A DNA stretch of 53,175 bases from IMG/VR virus record IMGVR_UViG_3300025889_000163, positions 1 through 53,175 of that record; one strand, 5' to 3'. The notes below the pieces were generated by a model. The model was not told the DNA's origin. It saw only the letters and a program-made list of their open reading frames with translations, and searched no databases. The position numbers and the translations under genes were made by a program. Position 1 is the first letter of the stretch. Every line of letters starts with the position of its first letter. Shown piece by piece: positions 15,195 to 24,126 of the stretch. The DNA comes from a virus. Taxonomy: Duplodnaviria > Caudoviricetes.

Positions 15195-16497
15195 ATACTA
15201 GACTCGGAACAAGAGAACTGGATAAATCGTCTAATCCAGTTCCAACTTGTTGCCTTGTAGGATTAATTGATATCGGTGCTTCAGAAGTCCCTCCAGAACT
15301 AACTGTAGTCGGTGCAACGACGTTTACACCTCCTCCCCCAGACGCTGCTAACATAGCAGGAGCACCGACCGTTGTGTTGTACACCATATTGTCTGATGAG
15401 GATAATGCAGCGCTCGTCGCAGGAGCGGGAGTTGATCCCAGTCTTATTTGAGATGCATCACGAAGATTAGCACTAGAAGGAATGCCTTGTTTTAGACTTT
15501 TCATACTAGGAGTAGGAACTTGATTTTCGTCAGCAAATGTTAGTTTTTGTTGCATTTGTTTCCAGACTTCACCATAAATCCATTCCATTCGGTTTTGCAC
15601 TTCAGCGGGTCCAATAACTAATGAATCTCCTTCTGGTGTTGATCCAAAAACAGACATATAAGAATCTCTTGCTATAGTCGCAACAGTTGCAGGAATTGCT
15701 GTAGCAGCGCCACCAACTCCAGAAACAACTTCCAAGCCAGCACCTGTGAGATCGCCTTGTTTTAATTTTTCAAACGCAAAATAAAATCCTGCAGCAGCAC
15801 CTGCGACAGGAATTGATTTTGCGGCAACTTTAGCGAGAAGATCAGATGTTAATATTTGACCGATTGCCTTTGTTGCTTTTGTTGTCCATGCTGCTTCTTT
15901 TAATACTTCGGGAACTGCTGGTTTTGTAAATGCTGTTCCGCTTTTAGTAACGAGGCGAGATTTCTGTTCAGGAATCGCTTCTTGTACTACTTTCGGGGCA
16001 GTACTAATTTTCTCTGATGCTTTTTGAAGTGCGATTCGCCCTGCATTTACTCCTTTAGATCCAACAATTACTGCAGCTCTAACTGTACCAGCATTGATGG
16101 CAGCATCTGTCGCTCCGGGAAGAACTTTAGATTGCAGATCAGATATTTGTTGTGGAGTCATTGTGGACAAAGGGTCTGGTGTAGCAACTCCGGGTCTAAG
16201 CAGTTTTGCCAAAGTTAAAGCAGTCGCTAGACTTGCCGCTGCCCCTGCTAAAAGTTTAGCAAGTCCTCCGAGCATTTTAAACGCAGAAAAAGCATCATCT
16301 TCCTTCTTAGACTTGTTAAAAATATTAGTAATTGAAGGACGATCTTCTCTTTCGCGTTTTTTCTCGCGCATAGCTTCGAGCATTGCAAGTTTGTTTTCTT
16401 GCTCGTTTCGAAGAAACGCTTTGAAATCTTCTCTTAATTTTTTGATTTCTTGGGTAGTTTCGTCTTGCCCTTGATTTAGATCGTCTATAGTTGCCAT
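15193..16497 (-). CDS. Putative tape measure/baseplate hub (gp29-like)
   Basis: Follows gp26-gp51; coiled-coil N-terminus, Ala/Gly-rich, KSIPVAGAAAG...GDLTGAGLE segment. Confidence 0.55.
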   Translation of the reverse strand: MATIDDLNQGQDETTQEIKKLREDFKAFLRNEQENKLAMLEAMREKKREREDRPSITNIFNKSKKEDDAFSAFKMLGGLAKLLAGAAASLATALTLAKLLRPGVATPDPLSTMTPQQISDLQSKVLPGATDAAINAGTVRAAVIVGSKGVNAGRIALQKASEKISTAPKVVQEAIPEQKSRLVTKSGTAFTKPAVPEVLKEAAWTTKATKAIGQILTSDLLAKVAAKSIPVAGAAAGFYFAFEKLKQGDLTGAGLEVVSGVGGAATAIPATVATIARDSYMSVFGSTPEGDSLVIGPAEVQNRMEWIYGEVWKQMQQKLTFADENQVPTPSMKSLKQGIPSSANLRDASQIRLGSTPAPATSAALSSSDNMVYNTTVGAPAMLAASGGGGVNVVAPTTVSSGGTSEAPISINPTRQQVGTGLDDLSSSLVPSLV

Positions 16498-16682
16498 TAC
16501 TTACCTTGCATTTGTTCTAGTTTTTGTTTACGTTCTTCAACGTGTTGTATTAACAAAGAAATAAATGCCTCTCTCTCCCAAGGTAACATATTTTCAATTT
16601 CTGTTAGCGAATATTTGTGATTTTCCATCATTAAAAAATTCATTCGATAATATTCGACTAACGTATTATGAGAGAGGCACAC
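16497..16682 (-). CDS. gp51: Baseplate hub assembly protein gp51
   Basis: LVEYYRMNFLMMENHKYSLTEIENMLPWERE. Confidence 0.88.
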   Translation of the reverse strand: MCLSHNTLVEYYRMNFLMMENHKYSLTEIENMLPWEREAFISLLIQHVEERKQKLEQMQGK

Positions 16683-17374
16683 TAAAAAAAATTATGAACG
16701 CCTTCTAATATTTGGTTGTTTTCTTCTCCGCATTTTTGGCAAACAAAATGCATTTCGTGTTTTAATGTAGGAAGATCTTGAATTTCTTGTATGATTTTTC
16801 TGTATTGATCAGAAGTTAAACCGCCAACAAACCCTTCTATTTCTTCCCTCGGTTCATCTACCAATGTTGTCCTTTCTTCTTTACTACAAACTGCTTCAAT
16901 ACAAGCAGAAACCCAACTAATCGGATCAAGGGTTCCGTCTTCTTCATAATGCAAATCTACATAAGAAGGATATTTCAATTCTACGCTATACTCGTCTGTC
17001 AGTTTAACTTTCTTTTTAAACTTCGGAGCATCAATAGAAAGTTCGCTCAAATTAACAACATAGTCATTCATATCAGAGCAACTCGAACATGCTACCTGAA
17101 ACTCCGCAGTTTCTCCTACAGACTTAGATCGTATTTGAGTAAACATATAGTCCACATCAAACGTTGTTAGTTCTCTGGGGTTTATATTCTCCTCTAAACA
17201 AGTACAAACAAGATCTACGATAGAATCAATCCCATTTTTAATATCCTGGGACTCACTAAACATCATAAGCACTTTTTCTTCTCTAACAAGATACGGTCTA
17301 TATCTGACCTTCTTTTTAGAAGAAGGAATTGTCATTGTATATTTTGGTACATCATTTAATCGCGGCAACGCCAT
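16682..17374 (-). CDS. gp26: Baseplate hub subunit/chaperone gp26
   Basis: MALPRL..PKY, YRPYLVREEKVL, IRSKSVGE, two CxxC pairs, ends LEGVHNFF. Confidence 0.9.
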   Translation of the reverse strand: MALPRLNDVPKYTMTIPSSKKKVRYRPYLVREEKVLMMFSESQDIKNGIDSIVDLVCTCLEENINPRELTTFDVDYMFTQIRSKSVGETAEFQVACSSCSDMNDYVVNLSELSIDAPKFKKKVKLTDEYSVELKYPSYVDLHYEEDGTLDPISWVSACIEAVCSKEERTTLVDEPREEIEGFVGGLTSDQYRKIIQEIQDLPTLKHEMHFVCQKCGEENNQILEGVHNFF

Positions 17375-17385
17375 AATTTACTCCA

Positions 17386-18210
17386 TTAAATTTTGTCTAA
17401 AAGTTTTCTCGCTTTTGATTTAATTGTATCTTCTACTTTATCTCTAAGTTGTCCGATGCCTCTTTCAATTTCGTTTCGTATTCTAGAAATAGGGTTATTG
17501 TCATCTAATGCTGCGCCTGACCAGTTTCTAAACGTGAATTGTACACTGTACATTTCTAATGTGTTGCCTTGATCGTCGCTTAATTGCTCTGCGTTTATCA
17601 TCGAAGGATATGCTTCATATAAAGTACACACATAAGAAGCATTGCCGTCTATACTAAATCCGGCATTAATCCCATCAACTCCAATATTTAAAGCAAACAA
17701 ATTATTACTGAAATTTAATCCACCAATATTTCGTAAAGAGTTCTTAACAAAATTTGGAAGAGGTAAGTCAAACTTTTTAGAATATAAAGATAATTCAAAA
17801 TTTTTCTTTAGCTGATGAATCTTTATAGTTTTTGCATAGTCATTGTAAAATCCAACAACTTGTTGTTCGTCGTAATTCCTACTACCGTCAGCACCAGGCA
17901 CAATTAAATTTTGCCATGTTTCAAAGTAACGTCTTACTGAAGCATTGTTTAAAACCAAGAATCGCATGCTTATCGAGTCGGTCAAATGACCATATGCAAC
18001 CTTTCTTTGTGCGCCCCAATGCAATCTATCTACTGTGGTAATTTGTCTTGAAGGTAATTCAACTTCTTTGCAAAGCAAACCCATTTCTTTAGTAGAAACG
18101 TCAGAGATTCCTCCTGGTAATTCTACATAGAATAAATTTGGTTGAGCGATACCACCGCCAGCGGAAATCTGTCCACTTAATTCTGTGATTGAGGCAGGTT
18201 TAAACGCCAT
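17386..18210 (-). CDS. gp54: Tail-tube initiator/tube-like protein (gp54/gp19 fold)
   Basis: GGIAQPNLFYVEL, LCKEVELPSRQI, FETWQNLI, FYNDYA, LYEAYP, VQFTFRNW; start at 18210 preferred to 18330. Confidence 0.75.
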   Translation of the reverse strand: MAFKPASITELSGQISAGGGIAQPNLFYVELPGGISDVSTKEMGLLCKEVELPSRQITTVDRLHWGAQRKVAYGHLTDSISMRFLVLNNASVRRYFETWQNLIVPGADGSRNYDEQQVVGFYNDYAKTIKIHQLKKNFELSLYSKKFDLPLPNFVKNSLRNIGGLNFSNNLFALNIGVDGINAGFSIDGNASYVCTLYEAYPSMINAEQLSDDQGNTLEMYSVQFTFRNWSGAALDDNNPISRIRNEIERGIGQLRDKVEDTIKSKARKLLDKI

Positions 18211-18793
18211 TGATTGTTCTCCTAGAGTCTGCCCAGACTTCAGATTGATCAGCTTTTGACCATTGTGCCGTTGGAAGAAACGCAGCGATTTCCCATTCTG
18301 GTGCGGGGACTCTTGCCATATCTCCTTCAATATGTGCTGTAAGATAATGCTTAAAACAAGGTTTAAAGTATTTCATTTTAGCTGCTTTTTTCATATATTG
18401 ATATGAAACACCAAATTTGGTAGATTCGTCCCAACGGTTGTTGTTGGTTATGTCCATTAATCCGTCTAAAAATTTTGCTCTTAATGTCAAAGGGAGATAG
18501 TGTAGATTTAATCCATGAAAACCGCCAGGAGCAGGTTGTACTGCAATCACTAAAGGGAAATTATCCCAATATGGCAATTTGGATTTCAGTTTCGGGTCGT
18601 AGAAAAACATATACATTCCGCCGACAGCAGATTTGTTAGTTCTAGACAGTTCGCCTTCTCTCATTAATGCTCTTCTGTTTACAGATTGCATAGACTGCAA
18701 TTTTCTACGAAACCATTCGCGTGATTGTCTCGTACGCGGAGTTATCCCCGCGCGAAATGCTTCTTGCTCTATAGTTTGAAAAAGGTTGCTCAT
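18200..18793 (-). CDS. gp2: DNA end protector protein gp2
   Basis: MFFYDPKLKSKLPYWDNFPL, GLNLHYLP, KPCFKHYL, WEIAAFLPT. Confidence 0.93.
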   Translation of the reverse strand: MSNLFQTIEQEAFRAGITPRTRQSREWFRRKLQSMQSVNRRALMREGELSRTNKSAVGGMYMFFYDPKLKSKLPYWDNFPLVIAVQPAPGGFHGLNLHYLPLTLRAKFLDGLMDITNNNRWDESTKFGVSYQYMKKAAKMKYFKPCFKHYLTAHIEGDMARVPAPEWEIAAFLPTAQWSKADQSEVWADSRRTINGV

Positions 18794-18798
18794 GAATG

Positions 18799-18806
18799 TA
18801 TTTATA
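18799..18806 (-). promoter_or_regulatory. T4-type late promoter
   Basis: TATAAATA on the minus strand just upstream of gp2. Confidence 0.8.
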
Positions 18807-19416
18807 TTGTATGGGAAGAATCGACGAGATTTATTATTAAAGTGCTTCTTGCAGAGTTTCCGTCTGCTTTAAAGTCGTGCCAGGTGTTTTCGTTCCTAGA
18901 AAATATTAGACACCTGTTATGTTTCCAAACAACAGACTCGTCTGGGTTTTCGTTAGATCTATCGTTGTATAGATTAGTCCCGTTGTTTTTTTCTCCAAGA
19001 TAAGTTACTGTGCTCAATATTTTCCAAGGAATATCATTATGTTTTTCGTAATGAAATGTTTTTCCTATCTTAGACAATTGCAAAGAAATGCCGTCTACTG
19101 TTTTTATTTTTCCTGGATTTAAAATATGCAATAAATTTTTTAGTATCTCTGTTTTATCGTTCATAATCTCCGTAAACACGTGTGTTAAACCTAAAAAATC
19201 TTCTTTAGGTTCAAATTTTTTAATATCTGGTGTTTTTTTATTTTTATCAAACGAGAGTAATGTAAACCCCTTTGTTTCTTTTGTTTTTCTGTCGAAAACC
19301 ATCTTTTTGGTGTACATTTGTTGATCTGTAAGTTCAATTTGATCTAAAAATTGCAAACAATAATCTGCGTGTTCTTTTTTTAAAAAATCATCTAATACAG
19401 CGTAATTCCAACTCAT
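18802..19416 (-). CDS. 2OG-Fe(II) oxygenase
   Basis: KHNDIPWKILSTVTYL (HxD), GTNLY, WKHNRCLIF...TWHDF...RSTL. Confidence 0.8.
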   Translation of the reverse strand: MSWNYAVLDDFLKKEHADYCLQFLDQIELTDQQMYTKKMVFDRKTKETKGFTLLSFDKNKKTPDIKKFEPKEDFLGLTHVFTEIMNDKTEILKNLLHILNPGKIKTVDGISLQLSKIGKTFHYEKHNDIPWKILSTVTYLGEKNNGTNLYNDRSNENPDESVVWKHNRCLIFSRNENTWHDFKADGNSARSTLIINLVDSSHTI

Positions 19417-19886
19417 GTTTTTTTCCTTGAATACGGTTTCAATGGTTTTGTTGATTTGGGTTTTATTCCGAATCGATCAAGTTCGTTTTCAGTCCAAATT
19501 TCAAAAGTCCAGTCCATTTTTTTGCAGTATTTTGACGCTGCATTCCATTTATTTTGATTTTTTACAAAAGTATATGCTTCATTTATAAATCTTTTAGTTC
19601 TTTTTCCCTGAGGAGGTTTAGTTTCTTTGAGAGGTTTAACTTCTATCAAAGAAGTTTTGCCCGAAGACCAAGTAACCTTAAAATCTGGAAAATATCGGTG
19701 ATACTTTTGGTCTGCTTCATAAAAATACGTTATTATGACTTCTTCACTAGACCATTGCTTAACTGATTCGTTTGTATCGAAAAACATCATACAATATTTT
19801 TCCCACAATGACCTATAGAAGACCCTTGTGTGATCCCCTTTGTATTTTGAAACATTTTTAATTCTGTATTTTCCAGAATATGCCAT
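19413..19886 (-). CDS. gp4: Head completion nuclease gp4
   Basis: MAYSGKY..KN..KYKGD, YRSLWE, WSSEE, HRYFPDF, IEVKP, NQNKWNAA, FEIWTE. Confidence 0.93.
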   Translation of the reverse strand: MAYSGKYRIKNVSKYKGDHTRVFYRSLWEKYCMMFFDTNESVKQWSSEEVIITYFYEADQKYHRYFPDFKVTWSSGKTSLIEVKPLKETKPPQGKRTKRFINEAYTFVKNQNKWNAASKYCKKMDWTFEIWTENELDRFGIKPKSTKPLKPYSRKKT

Positions 19887-19919
19887 ATAAATAACAAGTA
19901 CAATAAATTTTTATTTATT
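19886..19919. promoter_or_regulatory. Overlapping divergent late promoters
   Basis: TATAAATA (+, 19886-19893) for gp48 and AATAAATA (-, 19912-19919) for gp4. Confidence 0.7.
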
Positions 19920-19929
19920 AGGAAGAAAT

Positions 19930-21165
19930 ATGGCATTCGCAGACCCAGGTTCGGAAGAAAAAGTAGTTTCCAATCCAACTACTATTACAGAAGCGCCAAC
20001 TTTAGCAGAATACAAACAAATAACAAACACAAGGGATTTTGGATCTGAAAGGTATTATTATCCTCTCGAGTTAGGCGGCAATGAAATATCTTTTCCTGGA
20101 ATTATCCGTTTCTCCGCTAGAGAAATAGAACGTGTTGAATTAAGTAGTTTTTTTGGAGAAACTTTTGAGGCAGTAAGTCAAGCCACTACGGGTTATATGA
20201 ACTGGCTTGAAGGAAACTATGAAGGAACGGCTGAATCGATTACTGAATTCTTAAAAGTTCTCGGAATCGAGCTAACCGAAGACGAAAAAAAGAGAATAAA
20301 TCCTCCATCAGACGTTAGTGGTGAAAATCTCGAAGATAAAGTTGCAGCTGCTAGTGCTGCAGCAGAAATAGTGATGGAAAAAATAAAAGAAGCTGGATCT
20401 AAAGCAATTGACGATTTTCTTAACGGAGAACTTGATAAACGTTCGATAGTTATTGAAAATTTGTTGTCTGGAGGGAGGATAGTCGGAAGTGTTTCTTTGC
20501 CTCTTCCTCAAGATATTCGAATTTCAGATATTATGAATTATAGTGGTGCATCACTAGGAATGATTGGTGGATTTGCAGAATCTGGAATTACAAGTCCTGT
20601 TGGAGCGACAACAAACACTTTAAGAGCAATTGGTTCAGCGACAGGAGCAGTTTTTAGCGAAACAAAACAAAGTAAAGAAATATCTTCTCTAATTTTAAGC
20701 GGAATTAAGCAAATACCTCTACTTGGTGGACAACTAGGAGATGCAGCAAGTTCTGCCGCAAGAATAAGTACAAACCCCAACATCAGAAATTTATTTGACA
20801 ACGTACAATTACGAAATTTCACATTTACTTTTAAATTGGTACCAACTAGCGAAAGAGAAGCGAGAGAAATAGAAAATATTGTAAAATTCTTTCGAGTTAA
20901 CATGTATCCCGAGACAGTAAGCGTTGGCGACATTCCTGTTGGGTACATATATCCAAACGTCTTTGACATTTCTATGTTGTTTAGAAATAAAAATCTGCCG
21001 CACAAATTATTACCTTGTTATTTGAGATCATTTAACACTGCATACAATCCTACGGGTTACGGTATGCTAAGAGGCGGATATTTTTCTGAAACTGAAATTT
21101 CTCTAGATTTTCAAGAAGTAATCACGTTGGATCGTGCTAAAATTGCATTAGAAGGTGGATACTAA
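19930..21165 (+). CDS. gp48: Baseplate tail-tube cap gp48
   Basis: NPNIRNLFDNVQLRNFTFTFKLVP..EREAREIENIVKFFR..MYPE, SLDFQE. Confidence 0.85.
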   Translation: MAFADPGSEEKVVSNPTTITEAPTLAEYKQITNTRDFGSERYYYPLELGGNEISFPGIIRFSAREIERVELSSFFGETFEAVSQATTGYMNWLEGNYEGTAESITEFLKVLGIELTEDEKKRINPPSDVSGENLEDKVAAASAAAEIVMEKIKEAGSKAIDDFLNGELDKRSIVIENLLSGGRIVGSVSLPLPQDIRISDIMNYSGASLGMIGGFAESGITSPVGATTNTLRAIGSATGAVFSETKQSKEISSLILSGIKQIPLLGGQLGDAASSAARISTNPNIRNLFDNVQLRNFTFTFKLVPTSEREAREIENIVKFFRVNMYPETVSVGDIPVGYIYPNVFDISMLFRNKNLPHKLLPCYLRSFNTAYNPTGYGMLRGGYFSETEISLDFQEVITLDRAKIALEGGY

Positions 21166-21929
21166 TGGCAAATTATTTTAAAAATTTTCCAGTCATAGGA
21201 TATCAGTTCGGAGACAGCTCTGAAGTAGCAATGTTTCACAAATTGTCTTCTTATGCTGATTTGATTGACAGAGTTCAAGATAATATTACAACATATTCCT
21301 ATTATGAAATACAAGATTTTGATCGCCCAGATAGTTTGTCTTACAAATTGTACGGGACCACAGAATACTATTGGACGTTCTTTTTGATGAATGATAATCT
21401 GAGAGAACAAGGTTGGCCAATGACAAGTCAAGATCTATACGAATTTTCTGATGTTGCATACCCATATTGGGCAGCAGATTTTATAGTGACAAACTTAGAT
21501 ACATTAGATTCTGCTGTTTCTCTTGTTTCAACTGTTTCTCAGTTATATCCTGCTGGAACAGAAATAAAAATTGTTGATAGTTTGGCTGCTGAAATAGATG
21601 GTACAATAATTAGTAAGAATTTAGAAACAGGCGAATTAATTGTTAATGCGCCAAATGCGACACTCGATAAAAATTATGACTTTATAAAATATGCAGATGG
21701 AAGCAATGAAATAAAAATTACTGATTTAGTCAAACAAAAAAATGGTACACATCATTTTATTGACACAGATGAAAACATAATAGGTGTTTGTGATTTTGGA
21801 ACTAAAATTCCAATAACTAATGAAGAAAATTTAATTAATGTCAATAATTCGTTAAAACAAATAAAGGTTATAAAACAAGATTTTGTATCAAAAATTTCTG
21901 CAGAATTTAATCGATTTATTAGAGGATAG
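21165..21929 (+). CDS. gp53: Baseplate wedge subunit gp53
   Basis: YFKNFP, DRPDSLSYKLYG..EYYWTFFLMND, WPM, ITNEE...N..LKQIKVIK. Confidence 0.9.
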   Translation: MANYFKNFPVIGYQFGDSSEVAMFHKLSSYADLIDRVQDNITTYSYYEIQDFDRPDSLSYKLYGTTEYYWTFFLMNDNLREQGWPMTSQDLYEFSDVAYPYWAADFIVTNLDTLDSAVSLVSTVSQLYPAGTEIKIVDSLAAEIDGTIISKNLETGELIVNAPNATLDKNYDFIKYADGSNEIKITDLVKQKNGTHHFIDTDENIIGVCDFGTKIPITNEENLINVNNSLKQIKVIKQDFVSKISAEFNRFIRG

Positions 21930-21931
21930 TC

Positions 21932-23269
21932 ATGCTAGCAAGTACATATGCGCTATCTGAAGTGCTGTTATTTTCTTCAGGGACAACTGAAAGTGCAGCA
22001 ATAAATGTTACGCCAAACATAATTGAAGCATCTTTTTATGAAGAAATAAACAAGCCGTATGTGCACGCATCATTAGTTCTTGTAGACGATTTTAATTTTA
22101 GGGGAATGGCTGCTGGTCAAGGAACTGAATTCTTTAAAATTTCAATTAGTGATCTAGAAAACAATAAGGTGATATCTGAAAAATATTATGCTGTTGCAAG
22201 CATAGATGCTAGTTTAGAGTTAACTGACAGATCAGACGCAATATTAATTAATCTTGTTGAAGAACATGTTTTTGTTAGTCAATCAAACAAAATTAGCAGA
22301 TCATATACAGGAACACTTGACACAATCGTTGAAAGAATTGTTTCATCAGAATTAGGACTTCAATTACATAGATATTTGTTTGAAGAAACTGCCCAAGGCA
22401 GTCGAAAAATTGTTGTTCCTTATATGACGCCTCTAGATGCAGCAAATTGGGTGAAACAAAGAGCAACTTCTAAATCAGGATTTCCATATCACTTATATTC
22501 TAGTTTGTTTGGTAAAAATGCATTAAGAATGACTAACTTAGAAGCAGTTATGAAATCGCAACCAATAAACGTAAATTTTCCTCTTAATTATACAAAAGCA
22601 TCGAGCGATTCGTTTAATGACCCATTAAAAAAGTCAAGAACCATCAAAAAATTTAAAGAAATGAAAACCGACCCAACATTGAGTCTTTTAGAAAGAGGCG
22701 GGTTTGGATCTTCATACACTGCGATAAATTTAGATAATGGAATAGCGGAAAAAACTCATTTTTCCGGAAGAAACATTTTAGATCAGTTTGTTGTAGATAA
22801 TTTGATACAATCTAAATATATGCTTGGGTCAATTGACCCTTATTTAACATTTAACGATAAATTAGCGGATCAGTACGAATCTCCTACAGTTTATCAGGTT
22901 AGTTTAGGAAAAACTTATTCTGAATCTTTGAATTATCACGAAGATAATGAAAAATTGAAAATGAAGGGCGAAATTGTTAAATTGATACTTAGCAGAAACC
23001 CAATGGACGTTCTAGTTGATTCTTTTATGTTTTTTATGACAAGAATGTCTGTTGCTAATAAAATCAGGATGATTTTCTTAAATAATGATCTTGGTCAACC
23101 AACTACAGACCTTTCTAGGATGATAGACAAAAGGAGATCAGGAGATTATCTGCTTACTGCTGTTAGACACGATATGAGTCAGACCGAAACAAATACTTCG
23201 TTTTCAGCAATAAAAATAGACGATCTTCCGGCAAATAAACCTATAATTCCTGAATCGGCAATAGAATGA
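21932..23269 (+). CDS. Putative baseplate hub protein (gp27-like)
   Basis: Position between gp53 and gp5; FYEEINKPY, IVVPYMTPLDAANWV, RSGDYLLTAVRH. Confidence 0.6.
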   Translation: MLASTYALSEVLLFSSGTTESAAINVTPNIIEASFYEEINKPYVHASLVLVDDFNFRGMAAGQGTEFFKISISDLENNKVISEKYYAVASIDASLELTDRSDAILINLVEEHVFVSQSNKISRSYTGTLDTIVERIVSSELGLQLHRYLFEETAQGSRKIVVPYMTPLDAANWVKQRATSKSGFPYHLYSSLFGKNALRMTNLEAVMKSQPINVNFPLNYTKASSDSFNDPLKKSRTIKKFKEMKTDPTLSLLERGGFGSSYTAINLDNGIAEKTHFSGRNILDQFVVDNLIQSKYMLGSIDPYLTFNDKLADQYESPTVYQVSLGKTYSESLNYHEDNEKLKMKGEIVKLILSRNPMDVLVDSFMFFMTRMSVANKIRMIFLNNDLGQPTTDLSRMIDKRRSGDYLLTAVRHDMSQTETNTSFSAIKIDDLPANKPIIPESAIE

Positions 23270-24126
23270 AACAGATAAGAAGAAAAATTTTACAACAAGA
23301 ATTTTATGGCGATGATACTCGTTGGTTCGTTGGTGTCGTTGTTAATTCTGTTCCTCCTGACGGGTTGGAAGGTAAAGTTAAAGTTAGAATTTATGGTGTT
23401 CACAATGAACAAACAAATTTCGTTCCTGAATCCGATTTACCTTGGGCATCAGTGTTAATTCCTTCAACTGAAGGTGGTGTTTCTGGAATTGGAAAAATTC
23501 CGCAACTTTTACCTGGCGCTCAAGTTTTTGGTGTTTTTGTTGATGGAGTATCTTCTCAATCACCATTAATTTTAGGTTCAATTCCTAGGGACGAATACCC
23601 ATCGAATACTCAAAAAAATATTATATATTCTTCTGAGGAAAATTATTTTATTAACCAAACGACACTTACTAATGCTGTCTCATTTGAAATGAAAGATAAT
23701 TTTGAGATAAAATCTACAAATCAATTACGAAGACATCAAGGAATGAAATTTTTTATTGACAATGGATATTCTTTAGTACATGCAGCAGCGATTGTAGGGA
23801 ATTTAGAAAAAGCATCCAATTATTTGTTATATGAAGCAAATTCAGAAAAATGGGGAATTGCTAAATGGGATAAATTGCGAATTGCCAATTTGCAATTATT
23901 TTGTAATTCGTTACAACCACCAGAAAATTATATTTCGTATTCTGCCCAATTAAAATTTGTTCTGTATGAATTACGGAATGAATATTCAAAAGCAAATCGA
24001 AAAATGTTACAAAAAATTAAAGTCGATGATGCTGCTGATGTTATTTCAGAATATTATATTGGCAACATAAATCTTAACGCAAAATTAAATGCGCAAAATG
24101 CATATGATGAGGTTATCGCATTATGA
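23266..24126 (+). CDS. gp5: gp5 N-terminal OB-fold fused to a phage-tail-lysozyme-like domain
   Basis: WFVGVV, GKVKVRIYGVH, DLPWA, VFGVFVDG..SQSPLILGSI; then AAAIVGNL...GIAKW...AQLKFVLYEL. Confidence 0.8.
   Translation: MKQIRRKILQQEFYGDDTRWFVGVVVNSVPPDGLEGKVKVRIYGVHNEQTNFVPESDLPWASVLIPSTEGGVSGIGKIPQLLPGAQVFGVFVDGVSSQSPLILGSIPRDEYPSNTQKNIIYSSEENYFINQTTLTNAVSFEMKDNFEIKSTNQLRRHQGMKFFIDNGYSLVHAAAIVGNLEKASNYLLYEANSEKWGIAKWDKLRIANLQLFCNSLQPPENYISYSAQLKFVLYELRNEYSKANRKMLQKIKVDDAADVISEYYIGNINLNAKLNAQNAYDEVIAL

Noticed and set aside
18211-18330. N-terminal extension of the gp54-like ORF in the track
   Set aside because: Lies inside gp2; ATG 18210 has an AGGAG RBS and starts the conserved region.
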